A stretch of DNA of 32,000 bases, taken from positions 1,110,001 through 1,142,000 of the forward strand of contig NZ_CP053627.1 in assembly GCF_013177435.1 (NCBI RefSeq). Direction: 5' to 3'. Both the position numbers and the translations under genes were made by a program. This DNA comes from Xylella taiwanensis. Lineage in GTDB: Bacteria; Pseudomonadota; Gammaproteobacteria; Xanthomonadales; Xanthomonadaceae. This document shows, one piece after another, positions 1 through 9,760 of the stretch. The notes under the pieces are model-generated. The model was not told where the DNA came from and did not search any database. It was given only the letters and a program-made list of their open reading frames with translations. How positions within the stretch are numbered: the stretch's first letter is position 1; every line of letters begins with the position of its first letter.

Positions 1-819
1 AGTGTGGGCCAAGTGATCATCGGTTATCGGTTTGGCCCCAATGTATTGGGTTTATATAACCGTGCATTTCAGCTGCTGATGATGCCATTGAATCAAGTCA
101 TTGCACCGGCCAGCTCAGTGGCGTTGCCGGTGCTTTCTCAGTTGCAAGATGATCGTGTGCGTTTCGATGCGTTCCTATTGCGTGGGCAAACGATCATGTT
201 GCATGTGATTGTGGCGTTGTTTGCATTCGCTTGCGCACAGGCTACCCCGTTAATTGTGTTAGTGCTTGGTGAGCAGTGGCGTCCGGCGGTGCTGCTGTTC
301 CAGATCCTAACGTTGGCTGGTATAACTCAGAGTGCTGGTTATGCAAGTTATTGGCTGTTCTTAGCACGTGGATTGATACGTCATCATCTTTTGTTTTCCA
401 TTGTCAGTCACGTGTTGTTGGTAGTTTGCGTGTGCATTGGCGCTTATTGGGGTGTATTTGGCGTGGCTATCGGTTACAGCATCAGTCTGGCGATGATATG
501 GCCATTGTCGATTGTTTGGGCAGCACGCGTTACACCGGTTCCTGGTTGGGAAATGTTTTTCAATGGAGTGCGTACGATCGCAGGTTACGGTTTGTGTGCA
601 TCAGTTTCCACGTATGCTTCGCAGTGGTGGGGTGGGTCTAATCTGTGGGAGCAGTTGATCGTCGGTGCTTTGGCGATGTTGGGAGCTTTTGCAGTGTTAT
701 GCGTGTTATGGACAGCATTTCGTCGTGATGTGCTGTCGATCCTTAAGATCGGTATGTTGTTTCCAGAGGTACCATCCTTTCCTCTAAGGATAATGAATAG
801 AGTGAGGAAGGGTTCTTAA
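1..819 (+). CDS. gumJ: Polysaccharide repeat-unit flippase, MOP/Wzx family (GumJ-like), C-terminal part; 5' end lies outside the window
   Basis: The frame is open from base 1 to TAA at 817-819. The product is strongly hydrophobic and multi-TM (e.g. IMLHVIVALFAFACAQ, LLVVCVCIGAYWGVFGVAIGYSISLAMIW). It sits directly upstream of recognisable gumK and gumM, as in gum operons. Confidence 0.7.
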   Translation, partial: SVGQVIIGYRFGPNVLGLYNRAFQLLMMPLNQVIAPASSVALPVLSQLQDDRVRFDAFLLRGQTIMLHVIVALFAFACAQATPLIVLVLGEQWRPAVLLFQILTLAGITQSAGYASYWLFLARGLIRHHLLFSIVSHVLLVVCVCIGAYWGVFGVAIGYSISLAMIWPLSIVWAARVTPVPGWEMFFNGVRTIAGYGLCASVSTYASQWWGGSNLWEQLIVGALAMLGAFAVLCVLWTAFRRDVLSILKIGMLFPEVPSFPLRIMNRVRKGS

Positions 820-887
820 TTCATCCATTTTTAAGATGTTTTGAAAATTCATAGAACACGTTAATTCAGCAACCAAGGAGCGAGTTT

Positions 888-2072
888 ATGCATGCTTCTA
901 CCAATACCGGATCAAATCACGCTGCAAGTGTTTCCATGATGTCCGTTCCAGTACGTCCCAATTATCTCGTACTGTCAGCCCAAGACTATCGCACGCCAAG
1001 TCGTGCCAGTATTCATTTCATTACCGATGAACTGGCCAAGCGTGGTGACACTCGCTTCTTTTCATTACGCTACAGTCGGTTGTCTAGGTTCAAGAACGAT
1101 ATACGTGTCCTTCTGGATGAAACTGCCAACTGTGTAGTTGAGTACAAGGGGGTGCATTGCTATCTGTGGCGTACTTTGGTCCATCCGTTCAATACGCGTA
1201 GACGATGGTTACGCAGTGTCGAAGATATGCTCTTCCGCTGGTATGTGCAGCATCCTCCAGAGATATTGTTGCAGTGGATACGCGAAGCCGACACGATCTT
1301 GTTCGAGAGCGGCACTGCAGTGGCGTTTATTGACATGGCGAAACGACTGAACCCGCGTGCTCAGCTTATCTATAATGGTTCTGACAGTCTTAGTGCGATT
1401 AATGTTGCGTCCTATATCGAGCGTGAATTTCAGAAGGTTGCTTCAAGCTTGGCTGTGATCACTGTAGTGTCTCCCGCAATGACTAGAGAGATTCCTAGCC
1501 ATGACAATGTGTTTTATGTCGGTCACGGGGTACTTCCGAATTTGGGTGAGCTTGGTGATCCATCGCCGTATGAGGAGGGTATCCATGCGGTATCGGTTGG
1601 TTCGATGTTGTTTGATCCCTTGTTTTTTGTGATTGCTGGGAAGGCATTTCCACACATTACTTTCCATGTCATCGGTTCAGGCATGGGGCGGCATCCTGAT
1701 TACGGCGATAATATCGTGGTTTACGGTGAGATGAAGTACGTTGAAACCATCCGCTATATCAAACATGCGTGTTTCGGTATTGCGCCGTATGTGTCACAGC
1801 AGGTGCCAGTGTATTTAGCGGACAGTTCGATGAAACTAATGCAGTATGACTTCTTTGGCTTACCGGCGGTATGTCCGCATGCGGTGGTCGGGTCCTATCC
1901 GACACGCTTTGGCTATACCCCTGGTAATCCCATTGAATTGGTGGCTGCGGTCGAGCATGCGTTGCAGGCGCCGCATCAGCAGTCTCGTCAATATTTGAGT
2001 TGGGCAGAGATTGCCGATCGGGTCCTGGATCCTGCTTCCTATGAGGATACCCGGATATTGCCTGTGGTGTGA
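888..2072 (+). CDS. gumK: Glucuronosyltransferase GumK (xanthan/fastidian gum biosynthesis)
   Basis: ATG at 888 is preceded by AAGGAG (874-879). The 394 aa product has strings I recall as highly conserved in GumK: [72 protein letters not shown]. Confidence 0.85.
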   Translation: MHASTNTGSNHAASVSMMSVPVRPNYLVLSAQDYRTPSRASIHFITDELAKRGDTRFFSLRYSRLSRFKNDIRVLLDETANCVVEYKGVHCYLWRTLVHPFNTRRRWLRSVEDMLFRWYVQHPPEILLQWIREADTILFESGTAVAFIDMAKRLNPRAQLIYNGSDSLSAINVASYIEREFQKVASSLAVITVVSPAMTREIPSHDNVFYVGHGVLPNLGELGDPSPYEEGIHAVSVGSMLFDPLFFVIAGKAFPHITFHVIGSGMGRHPDYGDNIVVYGEMKYVETIRYIKHACFGIAPYVSQQVPVYLADSSMKLMQYDFFGLPAVCPHAVVGSYPTRFGYTPGNPIELVAAVEHALQAPHQQSRQYLSWAEIADRVLDPASYEDTRILPVV

Positions 2073-2935
2073 ATGCATCTGCATCCGTGACTTTATTCTG
2101 TCAGGATTGATGGTGAACGGGGGGCATTCGATGCATGTGTAGAAGTATGGAATCATGCATCTTAATGCATGGTGTTTGGAGAATTAGATTGTATTTGAAG
2201 ACTACAGTGTGCTTTTCTGTTAGCCATTTAAAAATAGCAATACCGATATGTACAATTTCATAAGATGATCGTGGGGCAGGTGCTGGTGTTATGTGATATT
2301 AGCTTGTTTCATAATTTCAAAAATAGTGACGATTGCCTCTAATTTTTTGAGTTATGAAATTTTCTTGGCAACGATGAGATGATGCTGTGTTTCCAGGCCA
2401 ATCGTGGGATTCCGAGCGAATCGCAATGTTTTGAGCGTTTTGATAACTGTTCGATAAATTGGTCTGTGCATGTATCATTTTATGGAAGGTGTAATGCTTG
2501 AGGTGCGGAGGTGTACAGGAGCTTAGGAGGTTAAATCAGGCTTTTCTTTCTGCGTAATACGTTTAATAGTGGTACTCATTTGTTTTGTCTTATCTTGTCG
2601 TGATTAATGAGTGGCTTGTGAAGTGCTGATGCTATTCACAGTCTCTTCTGTTTTCAGATTGTAAGCAGTGATGTTTTTCAGGAAATGTTGGCCGCCGGTC
2701 TGGTGTTGACTATTTCGTTGTACGAGTGGGTGCGCGCGAACGATGACGCTATCCCCAGCGTTTATTTCCACAAGGGAAATCCAGGTGGCCATTCCAAGTA
2801 CGACGATGATGGAGGCACAAGATAGGCACGCTAGTATTAAGTGACCAGTATTGAAGCGTGTTTGAACTTGTGAAGTAATCTTTCTGTTGATGATTTGCCC
2901 GTGCTGCGGTGTGGGCTCTTGGAGACCTTGTCGTG

Positions 2936-3706
2936 ATGATTTCTGACATTTCTTCCGATACACCCTCTATTGAAACCACTGACAGTCTTCTGCTTGGAGG
3001 GTTTCCGGTGTTATCGATCACGCCATCTGCCTTTGTTGCTTCGTTGTACCGTAATCTGACTGAAGGAAGGCCGCAGCGCGTATTTTTTGCTAACACAAAT
3101 TTCGTGGTGCAATGTCAGTCGCTCCGAATACGGATGTATTCAGAACGCGTGTGTATCCTCAACGATGGGATCGGTATGGATTTGGCTGCGTGGCTCATCC
3201 ATGGCCGCCGTTTTGTTGGTAACCTTAATGGCACTGACTTGATCCCGTACCTATGCAAGCATACGCCACGTCCGTTGCGCTTTTTCTTGCTCGGTGCCAA
3301 GCCTGGTGTTGCCGATGCGGCGGCACAGACGCTGTGTCGATTGGGGCAATTAGTGGTCGGCACTTGCGATGGTTATGCGCAGTTCGCTGCCAGTGGTGAA
3401 CACTTGGTCGAGTTCATTAATGCCAGCAGTGCTGATGTTTTGTTGGTTGCTTTGGGTAGTCCTCTGCAGGAGCGCTGGATTCTCGACCACGACGTGCAGT
3501 TGCACACGCCAGTGGTTTTCGCTGTTGGTGCGTTGTTCGATTTCATGTCTGGTAGTGTGCAGCGTGCGCCTTTATGGGTACGTCGTGTACACGGTGAATG
3601 GTTGTACCGATTGTTGCGAGAGCCGCGACGCTTATTTAAACGCTATAGTTGGGATGTTTTTCGATTTTTCCATGTCTGTCTGCTTAGGGGAAAGCGGCTG
3701 AATTAG
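2936..3706 (+). CDS. gumM: WecB/TagA/CpsF-family glycosyltransferase GumM
   Basis: The ORF track starts at GTG 2909. ATG 2936 (MISDISSD...) has GGAGA 10 nt upstream and is my preferred start. Typical family strings are present: FFANTNFVV, GIGMDLAA, FLLGAKPGVADAAAQ, DVLLVALGSPLQERW, FAVGALFDF. It is the last gene of the gum cluster. Confidence 0.8.
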   Translation: MISDISSDTPSIETTDSLLLGGFPVLSITPSAFVASLYRNLTEGRPQRVFFANTNFVVQCQSLRIRMYSERVCILNDGIGMDLAAWLIHGRRFVGNLNGTDLIPYLCKHTPRPLRFFLLGAKPGVADAAAQTLCRLGQLVVGTCDGYAQFAASGEHLVEFINASSADVLLVALGSPLQERWILDHDVQLHTPVVFAVGALFDFMSGSVQRAPLWVRRVHGEWLYRLLREPRRLFKRYSWDVFRFFHVCLLRGKRLN

Positions 3707-3931
3707 TTTATGTGCCGTTTAATTTTTGATTTTTAGTATCAGCATCTGCGTCTTCAAGAGTTGCTGTTCTGGTTGGTTGTGTCTCTGGTGTTGATACTCG
3801 ATTTTTAAGAGGAAAATGACAGATGTGTTTCGTTTTACTAAAAGGCGAGTCGGATATCCAGTGAGTAGGTGATCGCTGGTGATCAAGGTACTGTATGGTT
3901 TTTTCCCGGGTGTGGTGTTGCACTTGTGTAT

Positions 3932-4651
3932 TTAGTGCAGAAGCGCTTTGATGGCTTTGTAGAACTGGGCACGAGCTTGGTATGAGTTTGGGTTGCTGCG
4001 TAGCTGGCGTACTGCGTTGCCCAGTCGTGATGCCCCAACAAAGCCGCAGCTGGCTTGTAGCCGGTGCAGGTGTCCGGATAGTGCTTGTTTGTCGTCGTGG
4101 CGTAGTGCTGTGTCGACTGCATTGCGGTTGCTTGGCAGCTCGGCCAGGAAGAGTTTTCGCATTGCGTCTAGATGGCTGTGCTGCCCCTTAAGTGCGGCCA
4201 GCCCAGCGGCTTCGTCCCAGTCTTGGCCTGGAAATGTGGGGGACACCATCCATGAGGATGCATCGCTTTCCACAGGGTTGTGTGAAAGTGCATGGTGCAC
4301 GGCTTCCAGCAGGTGCTTGCTCGATAACGGTTTGACCAGTACTGCGACAAAGCCAGTGCCATGGTGGAGATGGGCATCAGCTTCAGCAGTATGTGCCAGC
4401 GCCGGTGTGTTTGGGTGCAAACGGCGTAACGAGGAGAGTAGTTCGGTGCCGTTGCCATCTGGGAGATTGATATCGATCAACCACAGGTGGTGGTGGTGGT
4501 TGCGACTGAGCGTTAGCGCTGCATCGGCCGAATTGGCCCAGTCAACTTGAGCGGGCAATGCTTCCAGAGATGTTTGTAAGAAACTACGGCTGATCGGGTC
4601 GTCCTCTACCAGCAATAGCCGTGGGTGCAGATGCTGCGTAGATTCGATCAT
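3932..4651 (-). CDS. Response-regulator receiver domain fused to a C-terminal HPt-like phosphotransfer domain
   Basis: ATG at 4651. The N-terminal REC signature is LLLVEDDPISR ... LWLIDINLPDGNG ... VLVKPLS. The C-terminal region has an HPt-like motif, ALSGHLHRLQASCGFVGASRLG. It is convergent with gumM. Confidence 0.7.
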   Translation of the reverse strand: MIESTQHLHPRLLLVEDDPISRSFLQTSLEALPAQVDWANSADAALTLSRNHHHHLWLIDINLPDGNGTELLSSLRRLHPNTPALAHTAEADAHLHHGTGFVAVLVKPLSSKHLLEAVHHALSHNPVESDASSWMVSPTFPGQDWDEAAGLAALKGQHSHLDAMRKLFLAELPSNRNAVDTALRHDDKQALSGHLHRLQASCGFVGASRLGNAVRQLRSNPNSYQARAQFYKAIKALLH

Positions 4652-4841
4652 CGGGCTGCTTCCGTGTCAGCGTTATTATCCACAGTGTATGCGCAGAATT
4701 TTTCTGAAATTCTGCTCCTGTTTATTTATTTGTACAACAGTTATTTTCTGTCATCTGGGTGGATATATGGATGGGGCGGTTGTGTTCGATGTGGAACGCA
4801 ATCTGCGACAATGCTTTGAATTCTGTTTTACAGTGTTTTTT

Positions 4842-6173
4842 GTGGCCCGCTCTAACCATTTTGACCGTACGTCATTTCAAACGCAGATTATCGATCTTAG
4901 TCATGATGGCCGTGGGGTCGCGCGCCCTTATGGCGAGGGAGGCAAAGTGACCTTTGTCACTGGCGCGCTCCCGGGTGAGGTGGTGATGGTCGAGCCAATG
5001 GCGCATAACCGTCATTTTGACGAGGCACGTCTCGTCGAGGTGTTGCAAGCATCACCGCAACGGGTGACACCGCGTTGCCCGCATTTTGGAATCTGTGCTG
5101 GTTGTGTATTGCAGCACTTGGTTGAAGATGAGCAAATCGTGTCCAAGCAACGAGTGTTGTTGGAAAGTTTGGAGCGTATCGGCCGTGTCAGTCCCGAGCG
5201 GGTGTTGCCGGCGCTGGCTGCAGATAGCTGGGGGTATCGGCGTAAGGGTCGTTTTTCAGTGCGTCGTGTCGAGAAAAAGGGGAAGACGCTGGTTGGTTTC
5301 CGTGAGCATGATCCGCGTTTCGTTGCCGATTTGTCGATCTGCCACACAGTGATTCCGCAGATCGGTAAAAAAATTGCTCTTTTGGCAGCATTGATTGAGA
5401 GCATGAGCGGTAAGCGTGACGTGCCGCAGATCGAATTTATCGCTGGTGATGCTGTTGTGGCGTTAACGGTGCGTCACTTGCAGCCGCTGAGCGAGGACGA
5501 TCGCAGAGCGCTGACTGAGTTTGGCAAGGAACATGACTTTGCGATTTTTCTGCAGCCGCATGGGGTGGACAGCGTGCATCTGTTGTGGCCTCAGGAGGTG
5601 CTGTTGGCATTCCGATTGATGCCCTGGAATGTGGAACTTGTGTTCCGTCCACTGGATTTCATCCAGGTCAATGCTGTCTTGAACGAGAAGATGATCGCGC
5701 ATGCTTTGGATCTGCTCGGTGCCGGCCCCCAGCATCGCGTGCTCGATCTGTTCTGTGGCTTGGGTAACTTCACCTTGCCGTTGGCGCGTACTGTGCGTGA
5801 GGTGGTTGGAGTGGAGGGTGATATTGGGCTAGTGGCGCGGGCCAGGGAGAATGCGCAGCGTAACAGCCTGGATAATGCTGAATTTTTTGTTGCTGACTTG
5901 ACCCGGGACCAACGCGGTGCGCTGTGGATGTGTCAGGGCTTTGATAAGTTGCTGTTGGATCCGCCGCGTTCCGGGGCGATTGAAGTACTCAAGCAGTTAC
6001 CGTTGAAGACGTTCGAACGCATTGTTTATGTCAGTTGTCATCCTGGCTCTTTGGCACGTGATGCTGATTTCCTTGTCAACGAACAGGGCTTTGTGTTGCG
6101 TGCGGTTGGGGCGATGGACATGTTTCCGCATACTGCGCATGTGGAGAGCATTGCTGTATTCGAGTGTTGCTGA
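4842..6173 (+). CDS. rlmD: 23S rRNA (uracil1939-C5)-methyltransferase RlmD (RumA)
   Basis: TRAM-like N-terminus (FQTQIIDLSHDGRGVAR...GALPGEVV), a Cys cluster (CPHFGICAGCVLQH) and a SAM-MTase core (VLDLFCGLGNFTLPLA, LLLDPPRSG, YVSCHPGSLARD). The ORF track opens at 4689. I prefer GTG 4842 (VARSNHFDRT...) because the upstream 51 codons look like non-coding read-through; ATG 4767 is the alternative. Confidence 0.85.
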   Translation: MARSNHFDRTSFQTQIIDLSHDGRGVARPYGEGGKVTFVTGALPGEVVMVEPMAHNRHFDEARLVEVLQASPQRVTPRCPHFGICAGCVLQHLVEDEQIVSKQRVLLESLERIGRVSPERVLPALAADSWGYRRKGRFSVRRVEKKGKTLVGFREHDPRFVADLSICHTVIPQIGKKIALLAALIESMSGKRDVPQIEFIAGDAVVALTVRHLQPLSEDDRRALTEFGKEHDFAIFLQPHGVDSVHLLWPQEVLLAFRLMPWNVELVFRPLDFIQVNAVLNEKMIAHALDLLGAGPQHRVLDLFCGLGNFTLPLARTVREVVGVEGDIGLVARARENAQRNSLDNAEFFVADLTRDQRGALWMCQGFDKLLLDPPRSGAIEVLKQLPLKTFERIVYVSCHPGSLARDADFLVNEQGFVLRAVGAMDMFPHTAHVESIAVFECC

Positions 6174-6235
6174 ATTATCTGGCGAGATTTCACAAAGCCC
6201 CATCCGTTCTGATTTTTTCTGAATTTTATAAAATT

Positions 6236-6733
6236 ATGCCGATCGAAATAGAACGTAAATTCCTGGTTGTTGGGGAAAGTTGGCGTGCTGCTGCGCATGT
6301 AGTCATCCCGATGACTCAAGGGTATATCAATGACCAGAAAGCATTGGGAAGCGGTGTGCAGAAAGTGTCAGTGCGGGTACGTATCCAAGGGGAGGAGGCG
6401 TATCTCAACCTTAAGTCGGTGGAACTTGGCCATACTCGCCAGGAATTCGAATATGCAATCCCTTTGAGTGAGGCGAGCGATTTACTTGCGTTGTGTGTGG
6501 GGGGATTGATTGATAAGCGTCGTCATCTGGTGCGCTATGCGGGCCACGTGTGGGAGGTCGATGAGTTTTTCGGTGATAACGCTGGCTTGGTGGTGGCTGA
6601 GATTGAGCTGGACAGTGCTGATGAGGACTTTGTGTGGCCGGATTGGCTTGGTGCTGAGGTGACTGATGACGCACGTTACTACAGTCTTGCTCTGGCTTCG
6701 CATCCGTTCGTTTGCTGGTGTGCATCGGTCTAG
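6236..6733 (+). CDS. CYTH-domain protein (CyaB/ThTPase-like triphosphate tunnel enzyme)
   Basis: ATG 6236 gives MPIEIERKFLV..., the hallmark ExExK start of CYTH domains. Later acidic strands include VWEVDEF and VVAEIEL. The ORF-track start at 6164 overlaps the rlmD stop and was trimmed. Confidence 0.75.
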   Translation: MPIEIERKFLVVGESWRAAAHVVIPMTQGYINDQKALGSGVQKVSVRVRIQGEEAYLNLKSVELGHTRQEFEYAIPLSEASDLLALCVGGLIDKRRHLVRYAGHVWEVDEFFGDNAGLVVAEIELDSADEDFVWPDWLGAEVTDDARYYSLALASHPFVCWCASV

Positions 6734-7019
6734 TTTGATCTTATGTTGCGTGTGTCCGTATTGCCCTTTGCGGCGGTGAGGCCAAGCATGAATTGTAGTG
6801 GCAACCATTGCTGCTGCTGAGCAGCGATGCCAAGAGACTTGGCGTCTTATTGGTGTGAATTGCGATGATGTGTTTGTTAAGCGGGGCGTTGTTTGCAGTG
6901 TGCGGTGGTTCTCAAGCTGGTACGAGCCCTTGAACAGGCAGTCTGACGTGTTCGGACTTATATCTTTGCGACAAGGGTGTGTTGGTGTCCCTGTGGTGCT
7001 GTGACTGGAGGTCTTTGCA

Positions 7020-8027
7020 ATGTTACTTATTGGTGTAGCCGGTACTGCACTCAGTGCTCAGGAGATGGATTGGTTGCAGCACGATGCAGTGGCCGGAGTC
7101 GTACTGTTTAAGCGTAATTTTGCTTCACGCGCGCAAATTGTCGAGCTATCGGGTGCGCTACGTGCTGCCGCACCACGGCCACTTTTGTTGGCCGTTGATC
7201 AGGAAGGAGGGGGTGTGCAGCGTTTCCGGGAGGGCTATAGCGCGTTACCACCACTGCAAGGGGTTGGTGCATTGTACGCGTGCGATCCGGAGGTGGCGCT
7301 GGAGGTGGCGTTCGAGCACGCTTGGTTGATGGCCAGTGAAATCCAAGCCAGTGGTGTGGATTTAAGCTTTGCTCCGGTGGTCGACCTGGGGCGTGGTAAC
7401 CGTGCAATTGGCAATCGTGCTTTCAGTGACGACCCGCACGTGGTTGCCGCTTTTGCTCGGGCCTACGTGCAGGGGATGCATGCTGCTAGTATGCCCGCGA
7501 CGCTCAAGCATTTCCCCGGGCACGGTAGTGTTCTTGAGGATACCCACGTTGATCGTGCAGTGGATGTGCGTCCGTTGGAAACACTCGAGTGTGAGGATTT
7601 GGTGCCGTTTGCGGCAGGCATTGCTGCCGGTGCCGATGCAGTGATGATGGCACATGTGGTTTATCCAAAGGTCACACCTGAGCCGGCCGGTTTCTCTGCA
7701 CACTGGATCAACGTTATTTTGCGTGGACGCATGGGTTTTCGAGGTGTAGTGTTTTCTGACGACATCGGCATGGCTGCTGTGCATAGCGTTGGTGGTGTTG
7801 CGGGCCGTGTGCACGCACATCTAGATGCTGGTTGTGACGTGGTTCTGGTGTGCCATCCGGAATTGGTTAACGAGGCACTGTCCGCTGTTGCTGGCCGTCG
7901 CGCCAACACGGCTGCTCTTATTGGCTTAATCGGTCGCGGTGCGCTTGGCTGGGATGGACTACTAGCTGATGTTCGTTATGGTTCCATTCAATCCCGTTTA
8001 TTTGAACGATTTGGAACATCCACTTGA
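7020..8027 (+). CDS. nagZ: Beta-N-acetylhexosaminidase NagZ (peptidoglycan recycling)
   Basis: 335 aa with GH3 motifs: GVVLFKRNF, LLLAVDQEGGGVQRF, SFAPVVDL, KHFPGHG, VVFSDDIGM. Confidence 0.9.
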   Translation: MLLIGVAGTALSAQEMDWLQHDAVAGVVLFKRNFASRAQIVELSGALRAAAPRPLLLAVDQEGGGVQRFREGYSALPPLQGVGALYACDPEVALEVAFEHAWLMASEIQASGVDLSFAPVVDLGRGNRAIGNRAFSDDPHVVAAFARAYVQGMHAASMPATLKHFPGHGSVLEDTHVDRAVDVRPLETLECEDLVPFAAGIAAGADAVMMAHVVYPKVTPEPAGFSAHWINVILRGRMGFRGVVFSDDIGMAAVHSVGGVAGRVHAHLDAGCDVVLVCHPELVNEALSAVAGRRANTAALIGLIGRGALGWDGLLADVRYGSIQSRLFERFGTST

Positions 8028-8581
8028 TGCCTACTTTCACTATCTCCCAGACACTTGCTCAGGCCGATTTATTGGTCGACCGTCCCAGTCTTGATGCGGC
8101 TATTGCGCATATCGCCGATGACATCGCCCGCGATTACCATGGCGAGGTGCCATTGTTTGTCACCATCATGCATGGTGCGTTGCCGTTTGCCGGTCAACTG
8201 GCATTGGAGCTAGGTGCGCGCGGCCAGGACGTACAGTTCGATTCCTTGCATGCGACGCGTTACCGTGGCGAGCAGACTGGTGGCGCATTGGTGTGGAAGC
8301 ATCATCCTGTCAGTGTCATGTTTGGTCGCCGTGTGATTTTGGTTGACGATATTCTTGACGAGGGTCATACCTTGTCGGAGGTACGTCAGTGGTGCCTGAA
8401 ACAGGGGGCTGCTGATGTGTCGCTGGTGGTGTTGATGGTCAAGCGTCATGATCGCCGTGTACCCAATATGGCTGCTGATTATTACGGCGTCGAAGTTCCG
8501 GACCGCTATGTATTCGGTTTTGGCATGGACATCGCTGGGCAACTGCGAGGTATCCCGGCGATTTATGCGATGAGGCAGTAG
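8027..8581 (+). CDS. hpt: Hypoxanthine-guanine phosphoribosyltransferase
   Basis: PRPP-binding motif VILVDDILDEGHTL, and the C-terminus YVFGFGMD. ATG 8027 shares one base with the nagZ TGA (8025-8027); the ORF track uses TTG 8024. Confidence 0.85.
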   Translation: MPTFTISQTLAQADLLVDRPSLDAAIAHIADDIARDYHGEVPLFVTIMHGALPFAGQLALELGARGQDVQFDSLHATRYRGEQTGGALVWKHHPVSVMFGRRVILVDDILDEGHTLSEVRQWCLKQGAADVSLVVLMVKRHDRRVPNMAADYYGVEVPDRYVFGFGMDIAGQLRGIPAIYAMRQ

Positions 8582-8585
8582 GTGG

Positions 8586-9341
8586 ATGGTGTCTATGCAA
8601 ACGATTGCTCTGGCCGTGATTGGTGGCACTGGTGTTTACACTCTCTCTCAGCTCGACGATGTACAGGTGTACGAAGTTGAGACGTTTTATGGCCGCCCTT
8701 CTGGAGCGATCCGGGTTGGTATGCTGTTCGGCCAGTGTGTCGCTTTCCTGGCTCGTCATGGTGAGGAACATGCGTTGCCACCACACAAAATTAACTATCG
8801 CGCCAACATTGCCGCGTTGCAGCAACTTGGCGTCGGTCGTGTGCTAGCGCTCAATACTGTCGGCGGAATCAGCGATGCGTTTGGTCCGCGTACGCTGGTT
8901 TGTCCTGATCAATTGATCGACTATACCTGGGGGCGTGTCTCCACCTTTTGCGAGGAAGTGGGCAGTGAGGTGCTGCATGTGGATTTTGGCCATCCTTATT
9001 CTCCACTGCTGCGTAGCTGTTTACTGCGTGCAGCACGTGCTGTGGATGTCAGTTTGGTCGAATATGGTTGCTATGGAGTGACTCAGGGACCACGTTTGGA
9101 AACGATTGCAGAGATTGCCCGGTTACGCCGCGACGGTTGTCACCTGGTCGGTATGACGGGTATGCCTGAGGCTGCATTGGCGCGCGAGAAAGGTCTGGAA
9201 TATGCCTGCTTGGGTATTGTCTCGAACTGGGCGGCGGGTTGTGGTGATGGAAGCGAGATCACAATGGGGGAGATTTTGTCCAATGTTGCGACAGCTTCCA
9301 GCTGTCTTCCGGAACTAATTAGTAAACTTGCGAGAGGGTGA
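8586..9341 (+). CDS. S-methyl-5'-thioadenosine / S-methyl-5'-thioinosine phosphorylase (PNP/MTAP family)
   Basis: [56 protein letters not shown] and IVSNWAAG are typical MTAP-family strings. It begins 4 nt after the hpt stop. MTA versus MTI specificity cannot be read from the sequence. Confidence 0.8.
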   Translation: MVSMQTIALAVIGGTGVYTLSQLDDVQVYEVETFYGRPSGAIRVGMLFGQCVAFLARHGEEHALPPHKINYRANIAALQQLGVGRVLALNTVGGISDAFGPRTLVCPDQLIDYTWGRVSTFCEEVGSEVLHVDFGHPYSPLLRSCLLRAARAVDVSLVEYGCYGVTQGPRLETIAEIARLRRDGCHLVGMTGMPEAALAREKGLEYACLGIVSNWAAGCGDGSEITMGEILSNVATASSCLPELISKLARG

Positions 9342-9429
9342 TTGTCATTCGGACCCAAGCTTTGCATACTCAGTATGTGCGCTAGGGGACGTACACTACC
9401 CATTCAATTTGCAAAGGTCTCGCATCACC

Positions 9430-9633
9430 ATGCCGAGCGGTACAGTTAAGTGGTTTAGCGACCAAAAGGGATTTGGATTTATTTCACCGGACGATGGTAC
9501 TCCCGAAGTGTTTGCGCACTATTCCGGGATTAACTCAAAAGGCTTTCGTAGCTTGCAGGAAGGCCAGAGAGTGACTTATGACGTGACGCAGGGCCCGAAG
9601 GGTGCCCAGGCATCGAATATCACGCCAATATAA
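9430..9633 (+). CDS. cspA: Cold-shock protein, CspA family
   Basis: ATG 9430 gives a 67 aa product, [29 protein letters not shown], carrying the RNP1/RNP2 motifs. The 34-codon upstream extension in the ORF track was rejected. Confidence 0.9.
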   Translation: MPSGTVKWFSDQKGFGFISPDDGTPEVFAHYSGINSKGFRSLQEGQRVTYDVTQGPKGAQASNITPI

Positions 9634-9724
9634 AATGCCGCGCTAGCGGCGTGAACCGTCCTGGCGTGTCATTAAAACTCACACTAAGCGGCTTGTGCTA
9701 AAAAACACACGGCCAATGATTTTG

Positions 9725-9760
9725 GCGACGTTCAGTGATGGGCGTCGCATTTTATTTATT
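9725..9760 (+). terminator. Candidate rho-independent terminator downstream of cspA
   Basis: Stem GCGACG (9725-9730) pairs with CGTCGC (9743-9748) across a 12-nt loop, followed by ATTTTATTTATT. Confidence 0.5.

Noticed and set aside
2604-2963. 119-codon minus-strand ORF in the gumK-gumM gap, with one TM-like segment (HLILACLSCASIIVVLGMATWI)
   Set aside because: Its only start is a GTG that overlaps the gumM 5' end in antisense. It has no RBS and no recognisable motif, and it sits in AT-rich DNA that is stop-dense elsewhere. It is most likely chance.
4689-4841. Long N-terminal extensions offered by the ORF track for rlmD, and likewise for CYTH (6164), cspA (9328), rnfH (14813), fur (15478), hrcA (17927), tyrA (23105), the RR (25698), dgkA (26642), lgt (27121) and folA (29146)
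   Set aside because: The extensions lack family similarity, often overlap the upstream gene or promoter, and in each case an internal start reproduces the conserved N-terminus.
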